Below are positions 37,605-45,765 of a stretch of 64,000 nt of DNA, one piece after another. The stretch's first letter is position 1, and the number at the start of each line of letters is the position of its first letter. Made by a program: the position numbers and the translations under genes. The stretch is from Gemmatimonadales bacterium. GTDB lineage: Bacteria; Gemmatimonadota; Gemmatimonadetes; Gemmatimonadales; GWC2-71-9. The notes under the pieces were generated by a model, which saw only the letters and a program-made list of their open reading frames with translations, had not been told where the DNA came from and did no database searches. The stretch covers positions 2,641-66,640 of the forward strand of contig DATLXS010000098.1 of assembly GCA_035575675.1 (NCBI GenBank). Reading direction: 5' to 3'.

Positions 37605-37626
37605 CACCTCCGCCCCCCAATGGCAC

Positions 37627-37700
37627 GGGCGAATAGCTCAGCGGTTCAGAGCGCCTGCCTTACACGCAGGATGTCGGGGGTTCGAATCCCTCTTCGCCCA
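37627..37700 (+). tRNA. tRNA-Val (anticodon TAC)
   Basis: 74 nt cloverleaf folded by hand. Acceptor GGGCGAA/TTCGCCC, anticodon stem CCTGC/GCAGG with loop CTTACAC, T-loop TTCGAAT. No encoded CCA. Confidence 0.9.
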
Positions 37701-37735
37701 CTGGTGTAGCAGCCTCTTACGGAGGAACGAACAGA

Positions 37736-39556
37736 GTGAGAGCGCTTCAATTCGCCGTGGCTCTAACGGTCGGTGTTGCGACCACGGCAGCCGCACAGCT
37801 CGCCGCGCCGCAACAGCCGAGCGAACGACTCCTCATCCTGCCGCTCATGTGGGGCACCTCGGCCGATTCGGCCGGCGCGATCGCGCTCTCGGACGCCGTC
37901 CGGGACCGCGTGACGCAGCTTGTCAAGAACAAAGTCATGGTGGTGACGAAGGCAAAGCTGTGCGAGGCGCTCGCGCAGTCGGGCTTCCCCTGTAACGGTC
38001 TGCTCGACGATCAGCAGGCGAAGCAGCTCGCCCGGTTCCTGCAAGTGCACGCCTACGTCACCGGCGCGTACGCGAAAAGCGGGGCGAATCTGACCGCGGA
38101 TGTGCAGATGATCGACATCGCCAGCTCGGGGATCGCGGGACGCTTTACGGCGACGAACGGGAATCCGGGCACCGCGGCCGCCCTCGCCGAGATCGTCGCG
38201 CAACACATCGCGGTGACGGTGCGGCTCAGCGAAGGGGTCCGCAACTGCAACGAGGAGCGGAAAAAGGGCCGGTTCGCGCAGGCCCGCGCCGAAGCGCAGA
38301 AGGCGTTAACCATCGATCCGAATTCCACCGGTGCGTATCTCTGTATCGCCACGATCTTCGAGGCGCAACGCGCACCGGTGGACAGTGTGATCGCGTACGC
38401 GATTCTCGCGCTCAAGGGCGATTCGTGTAACGGGACGGCGTGGGAGAAGATCGCCAGCGGCTACCAGCAGAAAGGCGACACGCTCAAGGCCTCCGAGGCG
38501 TACATCAGCCAGCTCTGCGGCGAGCCCCGCAACACGCAGAAGCGCCTCGGGATCGCGCAGCTGCTCAGGCAGATGAAGCGGTCAGAGCGCGCCGTCGAGG
38601 TCCTGAACCGAGGACTCGAGCTCACGCCCGGCGATCAGCAGCTGCTCGACATGAAGCTGACGATTTGCACCGAGTCCAGCAATTTCAAGTGCGCGCTCGA
38701 CGTCTGGGCCGCCAAGGCGGATCGCGATAGCGCCCTGTTCGGTGACACGGCGTTTCTGAAGCCCGCGCTGGGAGCGGCGCAACAGGTCGCCGATACCCAG
38801 GTGCTCCTGCGATTCACCAAGGGCGCCTATCAGCACTTCCCCAACAATCCGATCTACGTGCGGGCGCGCGCCGGTGCCTTCGAGCTGGCGGGGCAAACCG
38901 ACTCCGCGATCGGGTACTACCGAAAAGCGCTGGTCATCGAGCCGAACGACGTCGGCACCAGCCTGCAGATCGGCAAGACACTGATCGATCGGGCCGTGTA
39001 TGACACGACGAAGGCCCGCATTCTGCGCGAAGCAAAGGACACGAGCGGGTTGCGCCGGATGCAGGAAGCCTTTGCCGTCCGCGTGGATTCCGCTCGCCCC
39101 TTCCTGCGGCCGGGCCTTGCCTCGGCCGACTCGGGCCAGCGACTCGCGGCCGCGGTGATCATGCTCACGGGCGGATCTAAGCTTGCCCAGGCCGCCGCGT
39201 ATGACGCGGGCTATCGCTGGCTCGACACGTTGCTCACGATCGTCGCGCCGAAAACCCCCACGGACACGCTGGGGCCGAAATACCAGGTGCGGATCAACGC
39301 GAGCTTCTGGTACGGGCTGTCGTCGGTTCTGACATTGACTGGACCGTATACCAAGATGACCAAGGCCAAAGGCCCGGAGAGATGCACAGAAGCGCGCAGC
39401 GTGTTCGATCGGCTGTCGAAGACCAAGGCCGCGTTGCTGCTGGGCCGGCGCGTGCACCCGCCCACGGCGGACCAGATGCTCGGCTTCGTCGCCCAGTACG
39501 AAAAGGCGAAGCCATCGGTACAGGCGGCGTTCAAATGCCGGCCGCCGTTGAATTGA
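37736..39556 (+). CDS. secreted TPR-like protein of unknown function
   Basis: 606 aa. GTG start preceded by GGAGGA. Signal peptide MRALQFAVALTVGVATTAAAQ. Helical-repeat (TPR-like) body with several Cys. Confidence 0.75.
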   Translation: MRALQFAVALTVGVATTAAAQLAAPQQPSERLLILPLMWGTSADSAGAIALSDAVRDRVTQLVKNKVMVVTKAKLCEALAQSGFPCNGLLDDQQAKQLARFLQVHAYVTGAYAKSGANLTADVQMIDIASSGIAGRFTATNGNPGTAAALAEIVAQHIAVTVRLSEGVRNCNEERKKGRFAQARAEAQKALTIDPNSTGAYLCIATIFEAQRAPVDSVIAYAILALKGDSCNGTAWEKIASGYQQKGDTLKASEAYISQLCGEPRNTQKRLGIAQLLRQMKRSERAVEVLNRGLELTPGDQQLLDMKLTICTESSNFKCALDVWAAKADRDSALFGDTAFLKPALGAAQQVADTQVLLRFTKGAYQHFPNNPIYVRARAGAFELAGQTDSAIGYYRKALVIEPNDVGTSLQIGKTLIDRAVYDTTKARILREAKDTSGLRRMQEAFAVRVDSARPFLRPGLASADSGQRLAAAVIMLTGGSKLAQAAAYDAGYRWLDTLLTIVAPKTPTDTLGPKYQVRINASFWYGLSSVLTLTGPYTKMTKAKGPERCTEARSVFDRLSKTKAALLLGRRVHPPTADQMLGFVAQYEKAKPSVQAAFKCRPPLN

Positions 39557-39576
39557 CCTCACCCCGGGTCTATATT
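39548..39576 (+). promoter_or_regulatory. candidate sigma70-type promoter for tRNA-Asp
   Basis: TTGAAT (39548-39553), 17-nt spacer, TATATT (39571-39576). The tRNA starts 23 nt downstream of the -10 element. The -35 element overlaps the upstream stop codon. Confidence 0.45.
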
Positions 39577-39598
39577 CCGGCGCTCCCTAAGGGGCTTT

Positions 39599-39672
39599 GG
39601 GGCTGTAGCTCAGCTGGTTAGAGTGCCGGTCTGTCACACCGGAGGTCGCGGGTTCGAGCCCCGTCAGCCCCG
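39599..39672 (+). tRNA. tRNA-Asp (anticodon GTC)
   Basis: 74 nt cloverleaf folded by hand. Acceptor GGGGCTG/CAGCCCC, anticodon stem CCGGT/ACCGG with loop CTGTCAC, T-loop TTCGAGC. Confidence 0.92.
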
Positions 39673-39692
39673 CCTCAAGGTTCCGATTGCAA

Positions 39693-39728
39693 ACCCCCGC
39701 CCCTTTGTGGCGGGGGTTTTCTTATTTT
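39693..39728 (+). terminator. intrinsic terminator after tRNA-Asp
   Basis: 9-bp GC-rich stem ACCCCCGCC/GGCGGGGGT with a 7-nt loop, followed by TTTTCTTATTTT. Confidence 0.8.
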
Positions 39729-39733
39729 GGAGC

Positions 39734-40693
39734 GTGCCCACGGCCGCCTCAGGCTCCTCAATTCACTACCACACCCCGGTCCTTGCCGCGGCGGTGAGAG
39801 AGTGGGCTCGCGGCGGCGCCCGCGCCGTCGACGCAACACTCGGCGGCGGCGGCCACGCCGCCATTTTGCGCGAGGCGGGCGCTCGTATCTTGGGAATCGA
39901 TCGCGACGCGGATGCAGTTGCCGCCTCTCGCCGCCGCCTTGGCACCGTCGATATCGAATACCTCGAGTCTTCGTTCGCCGCCCCTTCGGCCTTTGCCGCC
40001 ATTCGCGCCTTCCGCCCCGACCGCATTCTCCTCGACCTCGGCGTCAGCTCGCACCAACTCGACACGCCGGAGCGCGGCTTCACCTTCCGGCCCGGCACGC
40101 CGCTCGATATGCGGATGCGGGGCAAGGGGATGGGGGAAGGGGGAAAAGGAATAACCGCGCGAGATGTCCTGAACACGTGGCCGGTGGAGCGGCTGGGCGC
40201 GGTGTTTACGGACTACGCTGACGAACGACGCGGCCGTGCGCTGGCGAGAGAGATCATCCGGCGCCGCCTCACTGCCGCCTTTGTGATCAGCGACGATTTC
40301 GTGAACGCGATTCGGGCGGTCTTGGGGCCGCGCTCGGGGCCGCCCGATTTCGCGCGCCTGTTTCAGGCGCTTCGCATCGCCGTGAATGAGGAGCTCGATG
40401 CGCTGACCACGGCGTTGCCGGCACTGCGCGATGCGCTCGTCCCGGCGGGCCGCCTGGGAGTGATTACGTACCACTCCGGGGAAGACCGCATCGTGAAGCA
40501 CGCGTTTCGGGAGTGGGGCCGGGAGTGCATCTGTCCGCCCCGCCAGCCGGTGTGCACGTGCCGCGGCCGGGCGCTGGGCCTGGTGCTGACCAAGAAGCCG
40601 ATCGCGCCCCCATCCGACGAAATCGCGTCCAATCCCCGCGCGCGATCGGCCCGGTTCCGGGCCTTCGAAACTGCGGCGGCAGATGAAGTTTAG
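39734..40693 (+). CDS. rsmH: 16S rRNA (cytosine1402-N4)-methyltransferase RsmH (MraW)
   Basis: Listed ORF 39623.. trimmed to the GTG at 39734, because the upstream part covers the tRNA and terminator. Motifs HTPVL, DATLGGGGH, GVSSHQLD, PLDMRM, ITYHSGEDRIVK. Confidence 0.88.
   Translation: MPTAASGSSIHYHTPVLAAAVREWARGGARAVDATLGGGGHAAILREAGARILGIDRDADAVAASRRRLGTVDIEYLESSFAAPSAFAAIRAFRPDRILLDLGVSSHQLDTPERGFTFRPGTPLDMRMRGKGMGEGGKGITARDVLNTWPVERLGAVFTDYADERRGRALAREIIRRRLTAAFVISDDFVNAIRAVLGPRSGPPDFARLFQALRIAVNEELDALTTALPALRDALVPAGRLGVITYHSGEDRIVKHAFREWGRECICPPRQPVCTCRGRALGLVLTKKPIAPPSDEIASNPRARSARFRAFETAAADEV
40119..40146. repeat. G-rich heptamer array inside rsmH
   Basis: GGGGCAA GGGGATG GGGGAAG GGGGAAA encodes the GKGMGEGGKG loop after the LDMRM motif. 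Confidence 0.85.
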
Positions 40694-40970
40694 AGGCCGC
40701 CACTGGATCGCGTTCTGGCTCGTCGCGCTGCTCGCGGCGCTCTGGCTCGTCATCGCCCGGCAAACCTCTGCCCTCAATTCGGCGCGCGCTCTGGCGGACC
40801 TGCGTGAGGAGCGCGCGGCGCTGGAAGGCCGCCGTGCCGATCTCGATCGGAGGGTGCGGACCGCGCAGAGCCGGGCCGTGCTGTTGCCGCGGGCACGAAA
40901 GCAGGGGCTCCGGCTCCCCGCCGATACCGAGATCATTCTCATTCCCGCCCCCGGCTCGACTCCGCACTGA
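40683..40970 (+). CDS. ftsL: cell division protein FtsL-like
   Basis: 95 aa. Short cytoplasmic tail, one TM (WIAFWLVALLAALWLVI), then a coiled coil. Canonical position between rsmH and ftsI. Confidence 0.75.
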   Translation: MKFRGRHWIAFWLVALLAALWLVIARQTSALNSARALADLREERAALEGRRADLDRRVRTAQSRAVLLPRARKQGLRLPADTEIILIPAPGSTPH

Positions 40971-42925
40971 TGGCGAAACCCCTCGTGCGCCTTCGCGTGG
41001 TCGAGATCGGTCTCGCGGCCGGGCTGGTGGCGCTCGTGCTGCGGGCGGCGCAGGTGCAGCTCGTCGAGGGGCACAAGTACGCCGCGGCCGCCAGGGCGCA
41101 GCGCACCGAGCGGGTCGTGCTCGACGCGCGGCGCGGTACGCTGTTCGATCGCCACGGTCTCGGTCTCGCACTGACCCAGGAGACCTATCACGTCGGGATC
41201 GCGCCCAACGAGCTGCGCGATCCGGCGCGCGACGGCGCGACCATCGCGCGCCAGCTGCGGCTCGCGCCGCGGGACGTGGAGCGCGGGCTGCGCCGCCGCT
41301 ATGCGTGGTTCGCCGGGCCCTTCACGACCGCCGACGTACAGCCACTGCGCACGACCCGGGGCGTCCATCTCGAGCCCGTGTTGCGCCGTTTCTATCCGTC
41401 GGCCGAGTTCGCGCGGGCGGTGATCGGGAGGGTGGGGGAGGATGGGCGAGGTGGTGGAGGTGGTGGAGGAGGCTTGGAGCGGCTCCTCGACAGTCTGCTG
41501 GCCGGCACGCCTGGAGCCGCGGTCGTCCTGAAGGATCGGTCGGGCCGTGAGTACGAATCGCCCGCCCGCGTGATTGCCGAGCCGGTGGCGGGCAACGACG
41601 TCGTCCTGACGCTCGATGCCGAGCTGCAGGAAATCGCGCAGCGCGCGCTCGATGATGCGATCGACAACATGCAGGCCGATGGCGGCGACGTCGTGATGCT
41701 CGATCCTCAGTCCGGCGAAGTCCTCGCGGTCGCGTCCCGACGCGCGGACGGCAGCATGCGACCCAGCGCGTTCACCGAGACGTTCGAGCCGGGATCGCTC
41801 GCCAAGATCTTCGCGGCGGCCGCCCTCATCACATACGATCGCGTGCGGCCGGGCGAGCACGTGTCGGGCGAGGGAGGGCGCTACCGCCTGCCCGATCGCG
41901 TGGTTACCGACGAGCATCCGTTGCCCTCGCTGACGCTGGCGGACGCGATTCGGGTGTCGAGCAACATCGCGCTCGTGAAGTTCGCGGCGCGCCTGCACCC
42001 CGACGAGCAGTACGGCGTGCTGCGCGCGTTCGGCTTCGGGGCGCCGACCGGCGTCGAGTTCCCCGCCGAGTCGCCGGGGCGGCTGCGCCCGCCCCGGGAG
42101 TGGTCGCGACCCAGTTCCGCGAGCCTCGCGATCGGGTACGAGCTGGCGGTCACGCCGATCCAGCTGGCCGCGGCCTACGGTGCCATCGCCAACAACGGCG
42201 TGCTGCTCGAGCCGACGCTGATTCGCGAGATCCGCGCTCCCAACGGCTCGGTCCGATACCGCCACCGCCCCGAGCCGGTGCGCCGGGTGATATCCCCGGA
42301 GGTCGCGGCCAGGCTGCGCGACCTGCTGCGGGGCGTCGTGGAGCAGGCGGGAGGAACGGGTGAGCGGGCCGCGCTCGCCAATTTTCAGCTTGCCGCAAAG
42401 ACCGGCACGGCGCGGCGCGTCGTCGGCGGCCACTACGCCGCCGGGCAGTACACCGCGTCGTTCGCCGCGCTGTTTCCCGCCGATGAGCCGCAGCTCGTGG
42501 TCGTGATGAAAATCGACAATCCCCAGAAGGGCAGTTACTTCGCGGCGCAGACGGCCGCGCCGGTCACGCGTTCGATGCTGGAGCAGGCGCTTGCCGCCCG
42601 CACTGTGGCGCTCGATCGCGCCCGGCTCTCCAACGTGGCGGCCACCGCCGACCACGCGCACCTCGATGAGCCCGACGGCGTCGTGCCCTACGTCGTGCCG
42701 TGGCCGTACGCCCGGGACACGGCAGCGACCGAGCCGGACCGGATCATCCCCAACGTGACCGGTCGGCCACTGCGCGAGGCGATCCGTACGTTGCATCGGC
42801 GTGGCTTCCAGGTCGTGGTCAAAGGCTGGGGCGTCATTCACCACACCTGGCCGGCGCACGGGGAGCATGCGGCGGCGGGCACGACGATCACCGTATTCGC
42901 CGAACCTCCTCCCGCAAAGCGATGA
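40970..42925 (+). CDS. ftsI: peptidoglycan D,D-transpeptidase FtsI (class B PBP) with C-terminal PASTA domain
   Basis: 651 aa. N-terminal TM, SxxK (SLAK), SSN, KTG(T), and a single PASTA-like module IPNVTGRPLREAIRTL...GTTITVF. Confidence 0.92.
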   Translation: MAKPLVRLRVVEIGLAAGLVALVLRAAQVQLVEGHKYAAAARAQRTERVVLDARRGTLFDRHGLGLALTQETYHVGIAPNELRDPARDGATIARQLRLAPRDVERGLRRRYAWFAGPFTTADVQPLRTTRGVHLEPVLRRFYPSAEFARAVIGRVGEDGRGGGGGGGGLERLLDSLLAGTPGAAVVLKDRSGREYESPARVIAEPVAGNDVVLTLDAELQEIAQRALDDAIDNMQADGGDVVMLDPQSGEVLAVASRRADGSMRPSAFTETFEPGSLAKIFAAAALITYDRVRPGEHVSGEGGRYRLPDRVVTDEHPLPSLTLADAIRVSSNIALVKFAARLHPDEQYGVLRAFGFGAPTGVEFPAESPGRLRPPREWSRPSSASLAIGYELAVTPIQLAAAYGAIANNGVLLEPTLIREIRAPNGSVRYRHRPEPVRRVISPEVAARLRDLLRGVVEQAGGTGERAALANFQLAAKTGTARRVVGGHYAAGQYTASFAALFPADEPQLVVVMKIDNPQKGSYFAAQTAAPVTRSMLEQALAARTVALDRARLSNVAATADHAHLDEPDGVVPYVVPWPYARDTAATEPDRIIPNVTGRPLREAIRTLHRRGFQVVVKGWGVIHHTWPAHGEHAAAGTTITVFAEPPPAKR

Positions 42926-44388
42926 GATCCCTGAAAGAGATTGTGGACGCGCTGGCGCGGGCCGGCGTCCTGGTCGACGCGCCCAATGCGCTGCCGGCGA
43001 TCACGGGCCTGACGGCGGATGCGCGACGCCTCGAGCGCGGCATGCTGTTTTGCGCCGTGCGCGGCGCGGTGCTCGACGGTCACAATTTTGTCGCGGACGC
43101 CGCGGCGCGTGGCGCGGCGGCGGCGGTGGTCGAGTCGCGACAGTCGGTCGGGATTCCTCAGATCGTGGTTCAGGGCGGGGCCGGACGGCGCGCCGCCGCG
43201 CTTGCCGCCGAAACGTGGTATGGCCGGCCGGCGGCACGGCTGCAGCTCGTCGGCGTGACGGGAACGAACGGCAAGACGACGTCGGTCATTCTCGCGCGAC
43301 ACGTGCTGAGCGCCCTGTGGCCGATGGGGGCGATCGGGACGCTCGGCGCGTTCGATCCGGCGGGAGCGCCGGTCGAGAGCGAGGCCGGGAATCTGACGAC
43401 GCCCGGTCCCATCGACCTCCAGGCGACCCTCGCGGCCATGGTCGACCGGGGCGCGGCCGGCGTCGCGATGGAAGTGTCGTCCCACAGTCTCGATCAGGGC
43501 CGCGTCGATGGCCTCGTGTTTCAAGCCGCCATTTTCACCAACCTCACGCGCGACCACCTCGACTATCACGAGACGTTCGAGGCTTACTTCGCGGCCAAAG
43601 CCAGGCTCGTCGGGTATCTCGCCGATGCCGGTCTCGCGGTGATCAACGCGGACGACGCCGCCTGGGCCCGGCTCCCGCGCGCGCCGCGGCGAATCACCTT
43701 TTCCGCCACCGGCCAGACCGCTGACGTGACGGCGCGGGACGTGCGCGTGGATTCCAAAGGAGCGCGCTTCACGCTGGTGACGAAGCAGGGACGTCACGCC
43801 GTGGTGTTGCCGCTGCTCGGGCGGTTCAACGTCGCGAACGCGGTGGGGGTCGCGGCCTGCGCCGTGGGGCTCGCCGTGGAGCCCCGCGTCGTTGCCGAGC
43901 GCCTCTCGACGTCGCCCCAGGTGCCGGGCCGCATGGAGCGGATCGCGGCCGATCCCTGTGTGATTCTGCGCGACTACGCGCACACCCCCGACGCCCTCGA
44001 GCGCGCGCTCGAGACGATCCGCGAAGTGACGTCGTCCCAAGGCCGGGTGATCGTCGTGTTCGGCGCCGGCGGGGACCGCGACCGCGGCAAGCGGGCTCCC
44101 ATGGGGGAAATCGCCGTCCGCCTGGCCGACGTCGCGATCGCGACGTCGGACAATCCGCGGACTGAGGATCCCGAGCGGATTCTGGACGACGTCGAGGCCG
44201 GGATGACGGCGCGGCAGCACTATCGGGTCGTCGATCGGCGCGCGGCCATCGGCCAGGCGCTCGAGCTGGCGCGCCTGGGCGACACGATCCTGCTCGCGGG
44301 CAAGGGCCACGAGACCTATCAGGTCGTCGGCACGACCAAAGAGCCGTTCGACGAGCGGGAAGTGGTCCGCAGCCTGGGGGCGAACTGA
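42922..44388 (+). CDS. murE: UDP-N-acetylmuramoyl-L-alanyl-D-glutamate--2,6-diaminopimelate ligase
   Basis: Listed ORF 42700.. trimmed to the ATG at 42922 (ATGA overlap). Motifs GVTGTNGKTT, MEVSSH, DNPR. Confidence 0.93.
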   Translation: MRSLKEIVDALARAGVLVDAPNALPAITGLTADARRLERGMLFCAVRGAVLDGHNFVADAAARGAAAAVVESRQSVGIPQIVVQGGAGRRAAALAAETWYGRPAARLQLVGVTGTNGKTTSVILARHVLSALWPMGAIGTLGAFDPAGAPVESEAGNLTTPGPIDLQATLAAMVDRGAAGVAMEVSSHSLDQGRVDGLVFQAAIFTNLTRDHLDYHETFEAYFAAKARLVGYLADAGLAVINADDAAWARLPRAPRRITFSATGQTADVTARDVRVDSKGARFTLVTKQGRHAVVLPLLGRFNVANAVGVAACAVGLAVEPRVVAERLSTSPQVPGRMERIAADPCVILRDYAHTPDALERALETIREVTSSQGRVIVVFGAGGDRDRGKRAPMGEIAVRLADVAIATSDNPRTEDPERILDDVEAGMTARQHYRVVDRRAAIGQALELARLGDTILLAGKGHETYQVVGTTKEPFDEREVVRSLGAN

Positions 44389-45765
44389 ATGGGCGGACGG
44401 ACGGACGGTCCGACGGTCGGACGGTCGTGGACCAGCGACGAAGTCGCGGCCGCGCTCGGCGTGCCCTCGCCCGCCAAGCTCCGGTTTTCCGCCATCTCCA
44501 CGGACACCAGACACCTGACACCAGGCACCCTTTTTGTCGCTCTCAAAGGCGACACGTTCGACGCGCACAACTTCCTCGACCAAGCCAGGGCGGGGGGAGC
44601 AACGGCCGCCGTTGTGCGTCGCGGCACGCCCACGGTGGACGGGCTGGCTTTCTTTGAAGTGGACGACACGCTTGTCGCGCTCGGGCTGCTCGCGCGCGCG
44701 CGGCGCCGCATGTTCCCCGACGGGACCCCGGTCGTGGCGATCACCGGATCGAGCGGCAAGACGAGCACCAAGGAGATGATTCGCGCGGCGTTGGGCGCCC
44801 GCTACCGCGTCCATGCGACCGCGGCCAATCTCAACAATCTGATCGGCGTTCCATTGACGATCCTCAGTGCTCCGGAAAACACCGAAGCGCTGGTCGTCGA
44901 GGCGGGGGCGAGCGTGCCGGGCGAGATCGCCCGGCTGCGCGACATCATCGAGCCGACGATCGCCGTGATCACGAACGTCGGCTACGCCCACGTCGAGGGC
45001 TTCGGGTCGCTCGAAGGCGTGATGGCCGAGAAGCTGTCGTTGCTCGATCGCGTGCCCGTGGCCGTGCTTGGCTCCGGGCCCGAAGCGATGTGGCCCGAAG
45101 CGCGCCGCCGGACGCAGGTGATCCCGGCCGCGCTGCATGGCAAGAGCGTCGACGACAGCCTGCTCGACCGCTACCTCGATAAAGACGGGCATCCCCACCT
45201 GTCGCTCGATTCCGGGGAAAAGGTCACCCTGCCGGCGCTTGGCATCCATCAGCTCGAGAATGCCCAGATCGCGCTGGCCGTGGCGCAGCGTGCCGGGGTG
45301 GATCACGACGCCGCGGTGCGGGCGCTCGCCGGGCTCCAGCTGCCGGAGGGGCGGGGTAACGTGCGGGAGATCGGCGACATGGTGGTGATCGACGACACCT
45401 ACAACGCCAACCCCGCCTCGATGCGCCGGGCGGTGCAGACGGCGGACTGGCTGGCACGGCGGCAGCGCCGGCCGCTGGTGGTGGTCGTGGGCACGATGTT
45501 GGAGTTAGGGCCGGAAAGTGCAAGATTGCACGCCGCAGCGGCGCGCGAAATCGCCCAGCGCAAGCCGGCGCTCGTGGCGGCGGTGGGCACGTTTGCGCGG
45601 GTGTTCGAGGGGCAGCGGGAGGCGCTCGGTGGCCGGCTCATTACCGCCGCCGACGCCGACGCGCTCGGCCCGAAGTTGAAATCGGCGTTGCGTGGGAACG
45701 AGCTCGTGTTGCTCAAAGCGTCACGGGGAGTCGCCTTGGAACGTGTCCTCAACTACCTGACCTGA
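44389..45765 (+). CDS. murF: UDP-N-acetylmuramoyl-tripeptide--D-alanyl-D-alanine ligase
   Basis: 458 aa. Motifs ISTDTR, ITGSSGKTSTKEM, DTYNANP. The first 13 codons are encoded by a short-period repeat. Confidence 0.92.
   Translation: MGGRTDGPTVGRSWTSDEVAAALGVPSPAKLRFSAISTDTRHLTPGTLFVALKGDTFDAHNFLDQARAGGATAAVVRRGTPTVDGLAFFEVDDTLVALGLLARARRRMFPDGTPVVAITGSSGKTSTKEMIRAALGARYRVHATAANLNNLIGVPLTILSAPENTEALVVEAGASVPGEIARLRDIIEPTIAVITNVGYAHVEGFGSLEGVMAEKLSLLDRVPVAVLGSGPEAMWPEARRRTQVIPAALHGKSVDDSLLDRYLDKDGHPHLSLDSGEKVTLPALGIHQLENAQIALAVAQRAGVDHDAAVRALAGLQLPEGRGNVREIGDMVVIDDTYNANPASMRRAVQTADWLARRQRRPLVVVVGTMLELGPESARLHAAAAREIAQRKPALVAAVGTFARVFEGQREALGGRLITAADADALGPKLKSALRGNELVLLKASRGVALERVLNYLT
44392..44428. 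repeat. short-period [A/T]CGG array at the murF 5' end
   Basis: GGCGGACGGACGGACGGTCCGACGGTCGGACGGTCGT, with 4-nt period and three 8-nt units GACGGTCC GACGGTCG GACGGTCG. A related array GCCGGACG GCCGGTCG GCCGGACG GTCC lies at 19-46 in tilS. Confidence 0.8.

Noticed and set aside
37578-37606. Possible promoter upstream of tRNA-Val (TTGTTT-17-TTAGCA)
   Set aside because: It matches consensus poorly in both hexamers and lies within the end of the small membrane-protein ORF. It is not strong enough to report as a feature.
39758-42868. 1036-aa ORF on the minus strand
   Set aside because: Antisense to rsmH-ftsL-ftsI, all of which have diagnostic motifs. Same high-GC antisense artefact.
42838-45306. 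822-aa ORF on the minus strand
   Set aside because: Antisense to murE and murF. No motifs and Arg-rich.
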